This document shows positions 33,930-48,421 of a stretch of 64,000 nucleotides of DNA, in pieces. Made by a program: the position numbers and the translations under genes. Below the pieces are notes generated by a model. It was not told the DNA's origin, made no database searches, and saw only the letters and a list, made by a program, of their open reading frames with translations. Within the stretch, counting starts at the first letter, position 1. Each line of letters opens with the position of its first letter. This DNA comes from Paraspadella gotoi (lineage: Eukaryota; Animalia; Chaetognatha): positions 5,255,210 through 5,319,209 of the forward strand of contig CM119266.1 of the NCBI GenBank assembly GCA_051294375.1, in the 5' to 3' direction.

Positions 33930-34110
33930 CACTTCCGGACCAATAGGAACTAAGGTCTCTCGAGTCTCGACCAATGAGGGAACGAGGAAGTTTAAAAACG
34001 TTCGTCGCTTTTCTCGATCTGGCGTCGATCGTTCGGCGGCCACTCCGCGTTCGATCCCTGGACGGCGTTGACCAATAGGAAGCCGCGATTCGAGGCTGCG
34101 GAGGTCACGC
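33930..34110 (-). promoter_or_regulatory. Putative promoter of the ZnF-NR gene
   Basis: CpG-rich patch with three CCAAT boxes (33940, 33971, 34072) and an ETS-type CACTTCCGG (33930), 400-550 bp upstream of the ATG. Confidence 0.45.
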
Positions 34111-34757
34111 GGTATGAAATTTGAGAGGCAACAGCAGAGAGGAATAGGATATTAAGGACAAATTCGACAGCAAGGCCCCCGAAAAAGGAAGGAGTGTGCC
34201 ACTGGTGTTGAGGCTGTCGGAAATATATTTTTTGAAGGTAAATACTAATCGAAATTATTAATAAAAAATTAATAATTTAAATATTTCTAATTATTTGAAA
34301 TATAAATGATAAACTAAAAATGATTATTATCATTTTTTAAAAAATTTATGTATAAAAAATAAATCAATAGAAATAAATTATTATAACATTTTATATAATA
34401 TACATGACATTTATAATAATATTTTTTTTAATAATTGGATTATAATTATGTAATATCATTATAATCATTATAATTATTATATTAGTAAATTAAGTTAACA
34501 AAGTATCTCCGATTCTCGCTTAATCAAAATGATTTTTGCACAGCATGTAACTAAAAAAAAATTTTTAGGCTTTTTAGTTATAATCAATATAAGGGTAAAT
34601 TATATATATAAAAGTATTGAGCATACCTTTTACTATTGGTCATCTATACAAATGCGTTTTTTTCCGATTTTTTAATGTCCGGTGTACAACTGGACCAGTA
34701 AGTTTTGAGGAAGCCGGAGAGAGAGTGTTCGATAGAAACAAACGACCACGAGAGAGA

Positions 34758-34794
<37 letters not shown>

Positions 34795-34995
34795 CCGGGA
34801 TCGTTTACGAACTGGATCGAACAGGATCGTCGCCCTTAAAATATCCGCTGAACGACGGACCGACGGACTGACGGACTGACGGACCGTGACCAAACTCAAA
34901 AACGAAAATGAGAAAGCAGGAGAATTTTAATAACAGACAGAATATCTCTTTTTAAATAATAAACAATACAAATTAAAAAAAAGCATGAAATGTAA

Positions 34996-36903
34996 TCATT
35001 GTAAACGATTGAACATCCACTGAAATCCGTCCTCCACTCCCTGCATATCTGAGAGATCGATTGAGTTGACCTAAATAAAACAAATGAACCATTCTAAATA
35101 TAGAAAAAAGGAAAGAATGTCAGGTAGACAGACAGACGGAAAAACCGTTGCCATTTAGCAAATTTTTGTAATTTCAATGATAATGATGCCGCGGCCAAAA
35201 AGAAAAAAAATAGTCCGAGGATTGCGGCGGTTGCTAGTTTTTTTATTTTTGCTATAATACTGTTAATAGTTAATACTATTAATAGCTGTCGTGATGAGAA
35301 TGATTTGATAAAATTACTATGATAATTGCTAAGAACATTCCTTTCGTTTCGTCGTTGGATTTATTTTGGTATTATGACCAGCAAGTTTTTAGTTTACTTA
35401 TAAAATAATTTTGAACAAACCTAATTGCAAAACAAAAGAAAGTAAAAAAAAATTATTTATTTTCTCCTTTTTTTTTTGGCTTTGCTGTCTCCTATATTTT
35501 CTTTGTTTTGCTTTCTTTTGATCAGTTTGGCTTTTTTGCGCTTATGTTTTGCTTTATGTTTTTTTGTGTGTTTTGTTTAGGTTTTCTCCGTTGTATTTAC
35601 CTGCCAGGGTCGACCCATGAGAAGATATTCTCGTTGAAACATGTGAACAACGTGGAATGCTGAAGCGTATTTTACTGTAGAACCTTTTTTGAAAGAAAAA
35701 AATGAAATCAGTTGAGTTAAAAAATGTCGCTTGGACGTGAGGGTGATTGATTGATTGATTGATCGCGAACGATATTAAGTATTTATTTTGATCAAGAGAG
35801 TAGTTTACTGGTACTGATGGACTGATTGACTGACAGCGATTAATTGGTTAGAATGTCGCGTGATTGGTTGTGATTGGAAGACGCAATTGATTACTTGGTT
35901 AAAACACTACGGAAAAAAACCTGTCAGTAAATAATACACAGTAGATTAAATTGTTTGGCTACAGCTAAACGAAGGCGGAACATTAATTGAGAGATCAATC
36001 AAACCAATCATTTGATTTATACGTACATTGATTGACTGATTTCTCGATCGCTTAATTATTTGATTTAGAGATTGATTGATTGATTGACTCACCCTCCACC
36101 TCCGCCTTGGCGATCTCCCTCGAGTTCCTGCACGAGAGAACCAGCAGCGGCGCCGCCTTCTGCGTCAGCGCCGCCGAGTGGGCGCGGCGTCGCAGCAGAA
36201 TCGCCAATTCGTCGTTCCACGGCCGCCGGGCGCCGCCGACCGGCGCTGCTGCGGCTGCAGCGGCGGGGGAAGCGGCGTCGACTTCCTCCGCTACTTTGCA
36301 GGCGTCGACGACGTAGACGAAGGCGTCCGCTTCGTCGAAGAGGGCGTGGAAGCATGGGGCGAGACGAACGACGCGAGAGTCTGGATTAGAGAGGGCGTTG
36401 TCGTCGTCGTCGTCGAGGTGGTCGTCGTTGTTGTCGTCGTCGCCAAAGTTTCTGATGAGGAGTCGACCGAATTCGAATCCGTCGGGACTCGCCTCTCGTT
36501 CGGCCTTTTTGGGGGGGGGCAGTGGGGGGGTAAATGCTTGAAAAATTAAATATTTACAAAGAAATATGAAAAAACCGATTTATTTAGTATAGTTTTTTCT
36601 ATGGATAAACGTAGGAAACTTTCTGATAAATTTATGAAATGATTTTTTTTATATTAGACTTTTTCTTTTAATTTACAACTAGTCCTAATGGGACAGAAAA
36701 AAATATTAATATATTTTCACATATTGTACCACATTCATATATATCATATGCATATCATATATAAATTTCAGTAAGTGTTCACCTTGAAGGAATTATAAAT
36801 CGTGATTAAAGTAAAATGAATTCCACGAAATTCGATGGAGATTCCAGCACCGACTCCGTTGTTTCCTGTCGGAACCAGGCCTGTCACCTGGGAAAAGAAA
36901 TAA

Positions 36904-36939
<36 letters not shown>

Positions 36940-38534
36940 ATGTATAAATAAATGTAATAAATAAATAAATAATGTATAAAAAAATAAATAAATGTATAAT
37001 AAATGTATAAATAAATGTAAAATAAATAAATTATTGTATAAATAAATGTTTAAATAATTGTATAAATAAATGTATAAATAATAAATATATGTATATAAAT
37101 AAATGTATCAATAAATAATGTATAAATTAAATAAATAAATAAATATATTTATGTATTTAATATCATGAACTGACCCTGAATTCCGGCTGCCTAATTTTAG
37201 AATTGACGCCCAAAATGTTTTGCAACAATTTGCGTCCTCCTTTGAGCGAATTTAATCCAGAACCGTACAGGATTATCTGCGCCAAATGAAATGTCATAGT
37301 TGATTGTTAATATTTATTAAAAACGTGTTTAAATTAGGCAGTAATTAAAAATAAATAACTAACTAATATACTTAACGATGTTGTTACCTTGGGCGGTTTT
37401 TTGGGCGACATCATGTTCCAAATGGACATAAGACTTTTTCTAAAAATATCGTCTCTTTTTAATTCTTGCTCTTTTTTGAAATCCTTGTGTTCAGGATTGC
37501 AGGAAGTGTATATTTGCTTGGACGAGATTTTGCTGTGGAACAAATAATATGATCGCATTCAATTTGTTATAATATTAAAAATAACATTCTAAGTATAGAA
37601 AATATTTCTTGGAAGAGTGATGGAGGCCTTAAACCACCAAAGCCTGTCCAAAGTTAGGGGAAAGATAGCTTATTTATTAAAGGAAAGGATAATTTTTATA
37701 TTGGTTGTACCAATTTCATATAAATATAGAAAAATATATTAGGGAAATGTAGGCTTGTAAAAGAAAACGAAGATAATGTATTTTAAAACCAGGTACAAAA
37801 TAAATTTAAAAAAAAAACCCATAAAACCTTGGAACGCAAAGGACCCTAAAATCTACATCTGTCAACTCTACCCGTTGGGTTGACTGAAATTGAGAACATT
37901 TGGATCTTGAAGCGCGTGAGGGTTGAGGCTGTGGTTGATCATCGTCCACTTGTGGATGTCTCGTTTCAAAATCCCCCGCCAGAGGAGCTCGTCGTCAGAG
38001 AGGTTGTTCCAGATTCTATATGGCAAATCGGTAAATAAGAAGAAATAAATTAATATGATAATTGTTTTGTTTAATACAAATTTAGCTCATATTCTACTGC
38101 TTGTGATAATGAAATTAAAAAATTAATAATTTAGCGATTTGCATGTGAATACACAATAAATATCTTGGGAACAATACCAACTTTCAAATTATTGAATCAA
38201 CCAATGAACCTTTGTTAGTATCCCAGCTACATACGTCCAAAATGTCAATCAACTATTCAACCAATCAATAATTAAAATCACTAAAAAAATATAACAAACA
38301 AACTACAAACAACACACACATCGCGATTGGTTCCCCCCCCCCTCGCCTGCAAACTTGCGACGTCTTGCACAAATCTTGCGGGGACAAAAAATTGAAGATC
38401 TGCAAGAGCATGATGTCTGGCAGATCGTTGATGTGAAAAGGGGCGACCCTCTCCGTTGGCGGACTGCTCTGCCACATGGCCGATTGGTTTTGGATCAAGA
38501 GTTCCAGACATTCTTCGTCCAACAGGTATTCCAT
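34996..38534 (-). CDS. FBXO4: F-box only protein 4 orthologue, 417 aa, 8 exons
   Basis: Exons 38534-38347, 38015-37872, 37532-37388, 37276-37175, 36887-36783, 36504-36093, 35683-35601 and 35070-34996; phase-consistent, 1254 nt. F-box LPDIMLLQIFNFLSPQDLC...LLWRGILKRDIHKW. FBXO4-type C-domain motifs occur in order: LYGSGL, GVGAGISI, DAFVYVVDA, WNDEL, PLLVLSC, RPWQV, GVEDGFQWM. Confidence 0.88.
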
Positions 38535-38714
38535 TTTTTTGTGTGTGTTTAGGGGAGAAAGAGAGAGAGAGAGTGAGACAGAGACGGTTACGATTTTCAC
38601 ATCATAAATATGTCAGCCCGGTAGAAATATTTGTTATGCCTGGTGCTCGTCTTGCGAAAAAAAAATTTCAATCGATGTACTTCTGTCTGAGTCAGGATCC
38701 TGAATTTTCTTCGC

Positions 38715-38815
38715 TCTCATTGGTCGAATTTTTAGTCTAATGGAGACGAGCGAGGATTCTTATTGGCTGAAATACCGTACCCGGGAGGTCGGATTGGACA
38801 AGAGGTGACGTCATC
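38715..38815 (-). promoter_or_regulatory. Putative FBXO4 promoter
   Basis: Three CCAAT boxes on the minus strand (attgg at 38719, 38762, 38793) and a perfect CRE TGACGTCA at 38806-38813, ~200-280 bp upstream of the ATG. Confidence 0.5.
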
Positions 38816-39533
38816 GGAGAAAAATCGAGTTAAATGTGGACGACGTGTTTAGGTTGATGCTGGCGGGAGAAGAGAGAGAGAAAGAGAGAGAGAGGAATTC
38901 CGTATTTGGAATCCGGGTTGCAATTCCGTAATTCGTTGAAAGCTAATGGTGGTTGTTTTTCATTTAGTTTTTGTATTTTAATGCGCATATCATAAGAGAG
39001 AGACATAAATTTTATTGATGGAAAAAATATCATATGAGACAGTACTACTTCAATTGTTTTATGGACGATTTGATATTTGTCATTGAGTTTGAAATAGGTT
39101 TCTCGTAAACTAGCATGAACTAGTATGAAATTCTAAACAAGGCTTTTTCCTTAGTTTACTTAATAATAATTATATAATAAAGACAAATAATCAACTTTAT
39201 TCCTTCGTGACGAGCTATTTCAAAGTTTATCTATTATTCTTATATATGTACATTTTTTTTTATTTATCAGAAAAACTTTGTTCTAAACTGAAGTTTCTAT
39301 CGTCATTTTTTTTTCAGAACAACCGGAGAAGAATAGGTTATTATTTAAAAAAATAATCCTATGGGCATATTTTATAACAACTTATCAATTTGCAACAACA
39401 ACCAGATTTTTTTTTTATTTTCCATAAATCCAATTAACGTCCGAAAGAGCAATCCGACAAAACTACACTTCTGCCAAGCATAAGACAAAATAATAATACA
39501 ACTAGTAAACAACAATGTAATAATAAAACCAAA

Positions 39534-42500
39534 TCAAAATCTTTCTTTTTCTTCTTCTTCTTCTTCTTCTTCTTCTTCTTCTTTGTCGTCGTCGTCGTCG
39601 TTGTTGTTGTTATTCTCTATCGCTTCGTTTTGATTATTGAAGCATCTCTGTCGAACTTCGATCAAAAAGTATCCTGAAATAAAGAAATTATTTAATCATT
39701 ATTTAACAATTAGTTAACCATAGTCAATGACTTTTTTTAGACATCTGGGCCCCAAAAAATTTCTTTCCGACATTTGCCTTGCATTTCGGAATGACAAAAA
39801 GTCCTGCTAACGGTCAACATGCCAAAACCGTTCCGTAAGCTATACATTTGGGTTAAAACTAAAGAGATTATGATTTAGTATATCCCTAGACATTGAACAC
39901 CTTCCCCCATAAAACGTTACTCATCATCTCTTGACATTGATAACCTTACCCCATCAATACCTACTCATTATTTCTCCTTACCCCATCTCCCCATCGCTCC
40001 TTACCCATCATCCCGAGAGTCAGCGTGATCAAGAGAACGAAAATCTTGGATCTAATGGAAATGAGATCCGCGTAGATGAAAGCGATGATGAAACCCGTCG
40101 ATTCCCAGAGGCGATAATTGGCGAATCCTGCCTCTTGATTCTTCATGAAGAGGACGCCGTACAGGGCTAGAGGGAGAGGAGGAATTAAGCATTGTGACAA
40201 CTGACAAGAAACATATGGAATTGTCTATGTCGAGACTAAACGCTCTGATCTAACATTCTTTGAAATATTATACCACTTCATTGATAGGGAAGCCAGGTAC
40301 TCTGGGAGTGAATAAACGAGACTGTGAGAGAGTCTTGATTGAAAGCTTGCAGGGACCTGCTATGTCATTATCTTGTAAGAGTGATGGAGGCCTTAAACCA
40401 CCAAAGCCTGTCCAAAGTCAGGGGCAAGATAGCTTATTTATTAAATGAATGGATAATTTTTATATTGGTTGTACCAATTTCATAGTAGTGCAAGATTTAT
40501 TGCGTGTCATATTGGGCTGGAACGATATCATTATCAATTGGTTAAGAAATAATTGTATACATGCTTTAATTTATAACAGAAACGCTTAAGCAAAGCGAGA
40601 ATGAATAATAGTAAAAAAAAATTATTTTGTAATTTTAATTAATAAAATGAATATAAGACGAGAGAAATGTTTTTCCTTTCGTTGGTAAATTGTAACCGAA
40701 ATATTACTTTCTTTATTGTAACATTTTTTAGTTTCAAAAATCATACTCTTAAACGAGATAATTATCAATGACAGAAATCACTGTACCATTTATCTGAGTT
40801 TGCCAAACGGCGTCGCTGATTCCCCACATTGCCGCCAGGATAAAGTAAATCGAATTGTGATCCTCGTCCGAAGGAAACCAAAAGAGCATCGCCAAAATCG
40901 CGGCGTAATTGAAAGCCGCCGCCAGGGTGTAGAAGAAAATGCGGCCTGGGAGAAGGAAAAAACAAAATAGCAAGAAAATTGGTTCATTTAAGACATTTAA
41001 TAATATTAATAAGAGTTAAGCTTTATGGATATGTTTTTTGTTTGTAATGAACAGCGAACAACAAAAAAGTAAGTCTCACCCAAATGTTTGACGAGTCTCC
41101 CAAAAAGGAAGGAACAGATAGAATTGGTCAAACCGAATGCAATCATCGTGTAGCCAATTTTGTCCATTCCCATCGAGCAGCTGACCCAAGCCTGTCGAAA
41201 TTGAATGAGGGTTATTGTCATATCCGCAGTCGGTTGTACTGTCTTGTATTTCATTTCTTTTTATCTTTTTTTGTTAATTAGTGTCTGCACACCTTGTTAA
41301 CTCAATTATGTTATTGCGACATGGCCTGTTTAACAGTTTTGACTTTTGACATCTATATATCTGTCTGGCTGTCTGTCTGCGACTGTCCATCTTGGAACTT
41401 ATATAAACCTGTCCCTCAGTCCGTTTTTTCACTCGCCTTCTAACCTTAGTATAATCGGATATGATAAAGCCTTGCTCGAGTCCGCTCCAGATGGTCAGCG
41501 GGACGAACAACGCCTGATTGGGGTCACCCAGATTCTTCAAAGTGACCAAAAGGAGCGAGAGAGAAAATCCTCGTTTCTTCTCGCCGACGCGTCGAAAATT
41601 ATCGAGGAGGAAGAGAAAGACAAGAGAAGAGGCGACGGCGCAACCTATGAACACGCTGCACAGCGACACCTGGTGAGGAAAATAGGAAGAAGGAAAGTGT
41701 TCTTTTGTTTGGCGGGAGAATTTTGTTTTTGGTTTAATTTTTGATATTTTTTTAAGATGGAATCCAAAAATTCATTTTTTAAAACAAGAACGAAATTTTT
41801 TTCTTGCACTTATTAGGTTTTAGTATAATTTAAATCTGTTTTATTTTTTTTTAAAAGATTATGTATTTTTCTTTAACATTTTATTTTTTTCCATTAAACT
41901 TTAATTTTAAATGTTGGTTTGATTTTATTCTTACTTTTTCTAGTTCGACTTCTTTGTCGCTACAAGCCTCCGATGATGTTTTGTTCGGTAGTTTAAACTC
42001 GTTTCCGCAAGAGAGGCTTGTATTGTCTCTTTGGAAAAAACTATTATTAATACAAAACTGTTTTTTGGTAATACATTTGGAAATAATTATGAAATCATAC
42101 TTACAGAGTATTGTTAACTGCCTCTTGCTTTAAAATTTCCGACGAGATAAGATTTCCCCAAATTTGCCCTGAAAAACATTTCCTAAGTGCTGTCACGTAT
42201 TTATTTATGTATTTATTTTTTTATTTTTTTATTTTTTTAATTTATTTAGTTATTTTTTTAAAATTTATTTATTTATTTTATTAATTTATTTATTCAATTA
42301 TTTATTCATATATTTAAAAACAAGTGAACATCCCAAACTCACCGGATTGAAAGAATAAGAAGAAAACTCCAAAGAATCTATTAATGACTGCCTCTTTCGT
42401 TTCTCCCGTCAATTTCGAATACATAATCCCGAGTTCCGTCATGTACGAAGACTTCGCCGTCCACATCGGCGCCGCAAAAAGACCCAATAGCGACGCAGTG

Positions 42501-42674
42501 ATCATCATTGCAGCCCTGGACGTTGAGGATTTAAAAAAAAAGTCGATGAAGAGCAAAACTTGATAAACTGTTTTTTTTTTTTACATAGAGAGAGAGTCGG
42601 TCATAAAAGGGAAATGGGTGAGTGAGAGATGACTGAAAAAAGGTGAGGCCGTCCGTAAAGGTCCTCTCTTCTCT

Positions 42675-42754
<80 letters not shown>

Positions 42755-43470
42755 CTCTGTACCAATCTCAAACTCAAAACGGTTCCATTTTTTTTAATTT
42801 AATTCAGATGTTAAAGAAAAGTAAAATTTGGCTCCTGACGAATTCGACGAAAAAGTAAAACGAACTTTTTTGTTAAAAAAAAAAGAAAAAAGAAAAAAGA
42901 AAAGAAGAATTTTCTTCGGTTTTGTTTGATGACAAATTCCTCAGGTTTTTCTTTTTTATGTCTTGATGATCATGATGATGATGGATTGATGATGATGACG
43001 ACCATGACCATGATTGTGACGACGATGAGTGTATATCCATTCTGATCATGTATGTAAAGTTAATTAAGAAATACTTCAATAATTATAATGACTATGATGA
43101 CGATGATGATTAACATCATTGCGAAAATAGTTCCAAGTTTGAAGAGTGAACTCGATTTGCGAATTTTTTATGACTCAAGTTAAAGAGGATCTTTTAAGTT
43201 ATTTTAAATCGACAACATTTTGAATCCTGAAACTATTTCAATAAATTGATGTTGTGTTAAATTTGCGAGTAACGAAGACGAAGAATTTATTTAAAAGACA
43301 CAAATATATCTTTATTTCTCGAGTTTTGTTAAGATTTTATACACATTCCCTTTGTATGAAATTGGCAAACTAAAGGATATCGAACGTTTATTTACATAAG
43401 TTAATAATTTTATTGCAGTATATATAAAAATGGTCAGTTTTTAAAAAATAAACAAATAACATTCCCTTTC

Positions 43471-43530
<60 letters not shown>

Positions 43531-43971
43531 TTGTATTAAATATTATTTTTCTCCCTCGTGAGACATTTCAAGTGTGATATTTTTTGCTTCATCAAGATTT
43601 TCGTGTTAAAAATGGAGAATTATTAAAACAGTGATCTAAAAAAAGTCAGTGTCTTTAAAATTAAATAACTAGTTTAGCTAATTTGAAAAATAGGAATGCA
43701 CCTGGCCCGGCATATATAAAATATTATCAATCTATGTAAATTAAGATTAAAATTTTTTTTTAAAAATGTAAAATCCTTATCATGAAGTAACGGTTTCTGG
43801 CCTGACTAATTTGTTAAAAAAAACATGATCTTATCTACTTGGCTAAATAGAAAAAATAATTCTGCCGCCTTACAAAAAAGGACAAGCAAATAAAATCGCC
43901 TCTTGCAAAAAGAAAATTTAAATTCTATTAATTAGTCTAAAGGGATCTGGAGGTCGTCGCGGATGACAACA

Positions 43972-44018
<47 letters not shown>

Positions 44019-46122
44019 ACGACGACTTTTATAATTTCGTCTCAATTTTCGCTTAAAAATCGCGACCTAATTTTTTCATAATTAGGGTTCGGATGAAGAG
44101 AAGGTGAAGATGAAGAGGAGGAGTTTGAAATGAAGTAGAATGAAGAATAGGTCGGGAGTAGAATGAATCAGGGGAGAATTGAAAAAAAGGTGAAATTTCG
44201 AGGAGTGAGATCGACAATTGGGTCAGAGGTCAGAATCTCGAAACAGAGAAACATCCATCAAATATGTCACAACCGAAGGATCGGTCGGTCGATCGGCGGC
44301 GTCCGTCGGTCGTTTTGTCGTTGACGATCGTAATGTCAACCATCAAAGTCGGATCGACACTTCGATTTCTCATTTTTATTTTTCCTTTTTATTATGAATA
44401 ATTTACTTTTATTATTTTTAATTACGAACCATTTGATCAACTTGATTTAAAAAGTTTTAAAAAATTTAGAAAACTCCTCAAACAACCGAATATAAAAGCT
44501 GTCTGGTCGCGAACGCTGAACTCGCGACCGACGAGAGCGCTCGAACGACGGCCGTAATCACCCGGATTTAGATTTAGATTTAGATTTAGATCAGAGGTCC
44601 ATGAACCCAAACCCTCGCCGGTTCTTCTCAGACCTCAGGATTTTCTCGCCGTAATAATGCCGCATTTCGTAATCTCACGGTATCGCTAGGGTACGAGATT
44701 AGTACATCCGCAGCATCTTAACTTATTTTCTCCTTTTAACCCAATATTCTTATCTCTTTATTTACTTTGTTATTCTCATCTCTCCTCCTCCTCCTCCTCC
44801 TCCTCCTTTCGTTAAACCCGTTCTCGATCCAGTTTTACCGAAAATCCGCTTTTTGCGAATCACGTTATCTCGAGTCGACGTTCGCGGTCGACGAAATTGG
44901 GTTTTTCGCGGTATTTTTTCGACGCGTCGAAAAAAATTACATAAATAAAAATTTTAAAAAAAGATAAAATAATAAGTAATAATTAATTAAATATATAATA
45001 AATGGTAAATAAATAATAAATTATAAATTAAATTTATAAAGATTCATTCTGGAACGAAACAAAAGTAGGTAAGTGCTGGCCAACAAAACAACAAAAACAA
45101 CAAAAACAACAAAAGCAAATAAAACAACAAAAACAACAAAAAACAACAAAACAAAATCAACTAAATAACAAAAGCAACAAAAAAAACATCAACAAAAACA
45201 ACAAACAAACAACAAACAACAAAAACAACATCTAAACAGCAGCAACATCAGATCTACTTCTTTGATTCACATAATAACTAAAATTTTGGTAAAATTACAA
45301 TTGGAACAAGTTGATCAGAAATGGTCATCCAAGATCGGGAAGCGAGTTCGTGACACATCCGGCTCAGAATTTGACCTGGGAGAGATCAACGAGGGAATGA
45401 TCCTTCCGAGACGGAGAGAGAAGGGTCGAAAGATGGAAGCAAGGATCGGAAGGGTCACTCGGTGAGAAAGGGAAGGGTCACTTGCTAAGGATCGGAGATC
45501 GGTAGAGTCATTTTTAGTGAGAAAGATTAATTTCTGCGAATAAACTCATTTATCTTAAAAATTAATTCAACTAACTAATTAAGAGTGTTTAATTGTAGAT
45601 GGTTGGTTTAAATGAATGGATAGATCGTGAAACGTTAGCTCAATTGAAACAAAGCGCTAAAGGTTTATGGCTTGAAATCCGATTTTAATTCATGCGAATA
45701 ATCTTACATTATTAAATAATAAATAAACCTAAATTAACCTAAAACTCTCACTTTCCAAGAAGTCAAAATCTTCTCCATCGAAAGTAAAAAAGTCAAATTC
45801 TCCACCGTCTCACGATTCCACGACACACGACACGACGACGACGACGACGACGACGACACTATGCCACGCCCACCTTCGACCTCCCGTCCTCCTCCTCCCC
45901 TCCGTCACCTCACCCACACCTCACCTCAAACCCTACGACTTTTGGTCGCCCCGAACGCGCATGCGTAAATTGAGAATTTGGAAAAACGTGATCGTTCTAT
46001 CGATAGGATTCGTTCTCATGTTCACCGCCTTTCAAAGCATCTCGAATCTGCAGAGTACGATGAACAGCGACGAGGGGTTGGGGACGTCGTCCTTGGCGAT
46101 GGTTTATGGTGAGAGGGAGGGG

Positions 46123-46161
<39 letters not shown>

Positions 46162-46183
46162 AAGAGAGAGAAGAGAGAGAGGA

Positions 46184-46237
<54 letters not shown>

Positions 46238-47111
46238 CTCATTCATAGCGACATTAGTCCGTCCCTTTTTTCATTCGTTCCTTTTTTTTTCTATTTCATC
46301 TGTTCCTTCTTTCATTCATCCGTCTCTTTCTCATTCATTACTATTATCACTTTTTTTTCCTTCAATCGTTAGTTCATTTTTTTTTATTCGTTCATTCCTT
46401 CCATTAATCCTCCATTCCTTCGTTCATTTCTATTTTCTTTCCTCCATCGACTCCCTCATTCCTTCCTTCTTTCCCTTCCTTCCCTCTTCCCTTCCTCCCT
46501 TCCTTCCTTCCTTCCCTTCCTTCCCTCCTCCCTTCCCTTCCCCTTCCTTCCTTCCCTTCCCTTCCTCCTTCCCTTCTTCCCTTCCTTCCCTTCCTTCCCT
46601 CCTTCCCTTCTTCCCTTCTCCTTTCTTCCCCTCTTTCCCTTCCTTCCTTTCTTCCCTCTTCCCTTTCCTTCCTTCCCTTCCCTTCTTCCCTTCCTCCCTT
46701 CCTTCCTTCCTTCTCCTTTCCTTCCCTTCCTTCCCTTCCCTTCCCTTCCTTCCCTCTTCCTTCCTCCCTCCTTCCTTCCTTCCTCTTCCTTCCTTCCCTT
46801 CCTTCCTTCCTTCCCTCCCTTCCCCTCCTCCCTTCCCTACCTTCCTTCCCTCCCTCCCTTCCCTCCCTCCACTCCCTCCCTCCATCTCTCCCAGCCGCCC
46901 TGGTCTTCTCCTGCATGTTCCTCCCGCCCGTCATCGTGGGTTTCCTCGGCTTCAAATGGACTCTGGTCATCGCCCCACTTTGCTACGGGTCATACATGGT
47001 CGCCCAACCTGGTCATCAACTTCATTCCTTGCGGATTCCACATTGGAGGCAACGCCGTCGAGGGAAAGCATTTCAGATGGTAGAGGGGCAATTGGCTATT
47101 GGTTGGGTGAA

Positions 47112-47190
<79 letters not shown>

Positions 47191-48013
47191 AAAGAAANNN
47201 NNNNNNNNNNNNNNNNNNNNNNCTGAAATGCTTTCCCTCGACGGCGTTGCCTCCAATGTGGAATCCGCAAGGAATGAAGTTGATGACCAGGTTGGCGACC
47301 ATGTATGACCCGTAGCAAAGTGGGGCGATGACCAGAGTCCATTTGAAGCCGAGGAAACCCACGATGACGGGCGGGAGGAACATGCAGGAGAAGACCAGGG
47401 CGGCTGGGAGAGATGGAGGAGGGAGGGAGGAGGGAAGGGAGGGAGGGAAGGGAAGGTAGGGAAAGGAAGGAGGGAAGGGAGGGAAGGAAGGAAGGAAGGA
47501 AGGAAGGGAAGGAAGGGAAGGAAGGGAAGGAGGGAAGGAAGGGAAGGAGGGAAGGGAGGAAGGGAAGGAAGGGAAGGAAGGGAAGGAAGGAGAAGGGAAG
47601 GAAGGAAGAAGGAGGAGGGAAGGGAAGGGAGGAAGGGAAAGAGGGGAAGAGAAGAAGGAAGGGAAAGAGGGAAGAAAGGGAAAAGCAAGGGAAGGGAAAG
47701 GGAAAGGAAGGGAAGGGAAGGAGGAAGGGAGGAGGGAGGAGGAAGGAAGGGAAGGAAGGGAAAGAAGGAAGGAATGAGGGAGTCGATGGAGGAAAGAAAA
47801 TAGAAATGAACGAAGGAATGGAGGATTAATGGAAGGAATGAACGAATAAAAAAAAATGAACTAACGATTGAAGGAAAGAAAAAGTGATAATAGTAATGAA
47901 TGAGAAAAGAGACGGATGAATGAAAGAAGGAACAGATGAAATAGAAAAAAAGGAACGAATGAAAAAAAGGGACGGACTAATGTCGCTATGAATGAGTTTT
48001 TCTCTCTCTCTCT

Positions 48014-48070
<57 letters not shown>

Positions 48071-48383
48071 CTCTCTTCTTCTCTCTCTCTCTCTCTCTCT
48101 CTCCCTCTCTCTCTCCCCTCTCCCTCTCACCATAAACCATCGCCAAGGACGACGTCCCCAACCCCTCGTCGCTGTTCATCGTACTCTGCAGATTCGAGAT
48201 GCTTTGAAAGGCGGTGAACATGAGAACGAATCCTATCGATAGAACGATCACGTTTTTCCAAATTCTCAATTTACGCATGCGCGTTCGGGGCGACCAAAAG
48301 TCGTAGGGTTTGAGGTGAGGTGTGGGTGAGGTGACGGAGGAGGAGGAGGAGGACGGGAGGTCGAAGGTGGGCGTGGCATAGTA

Positions 48384-48421
<38 letters not shown>

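Noticed and set aside
31956-38534. Single F-box + zinc finger + receptor gene
   Set aside because: FBXO4 has its own stop at 34996, and a separate promoter-like patch lies at 33930-34110.
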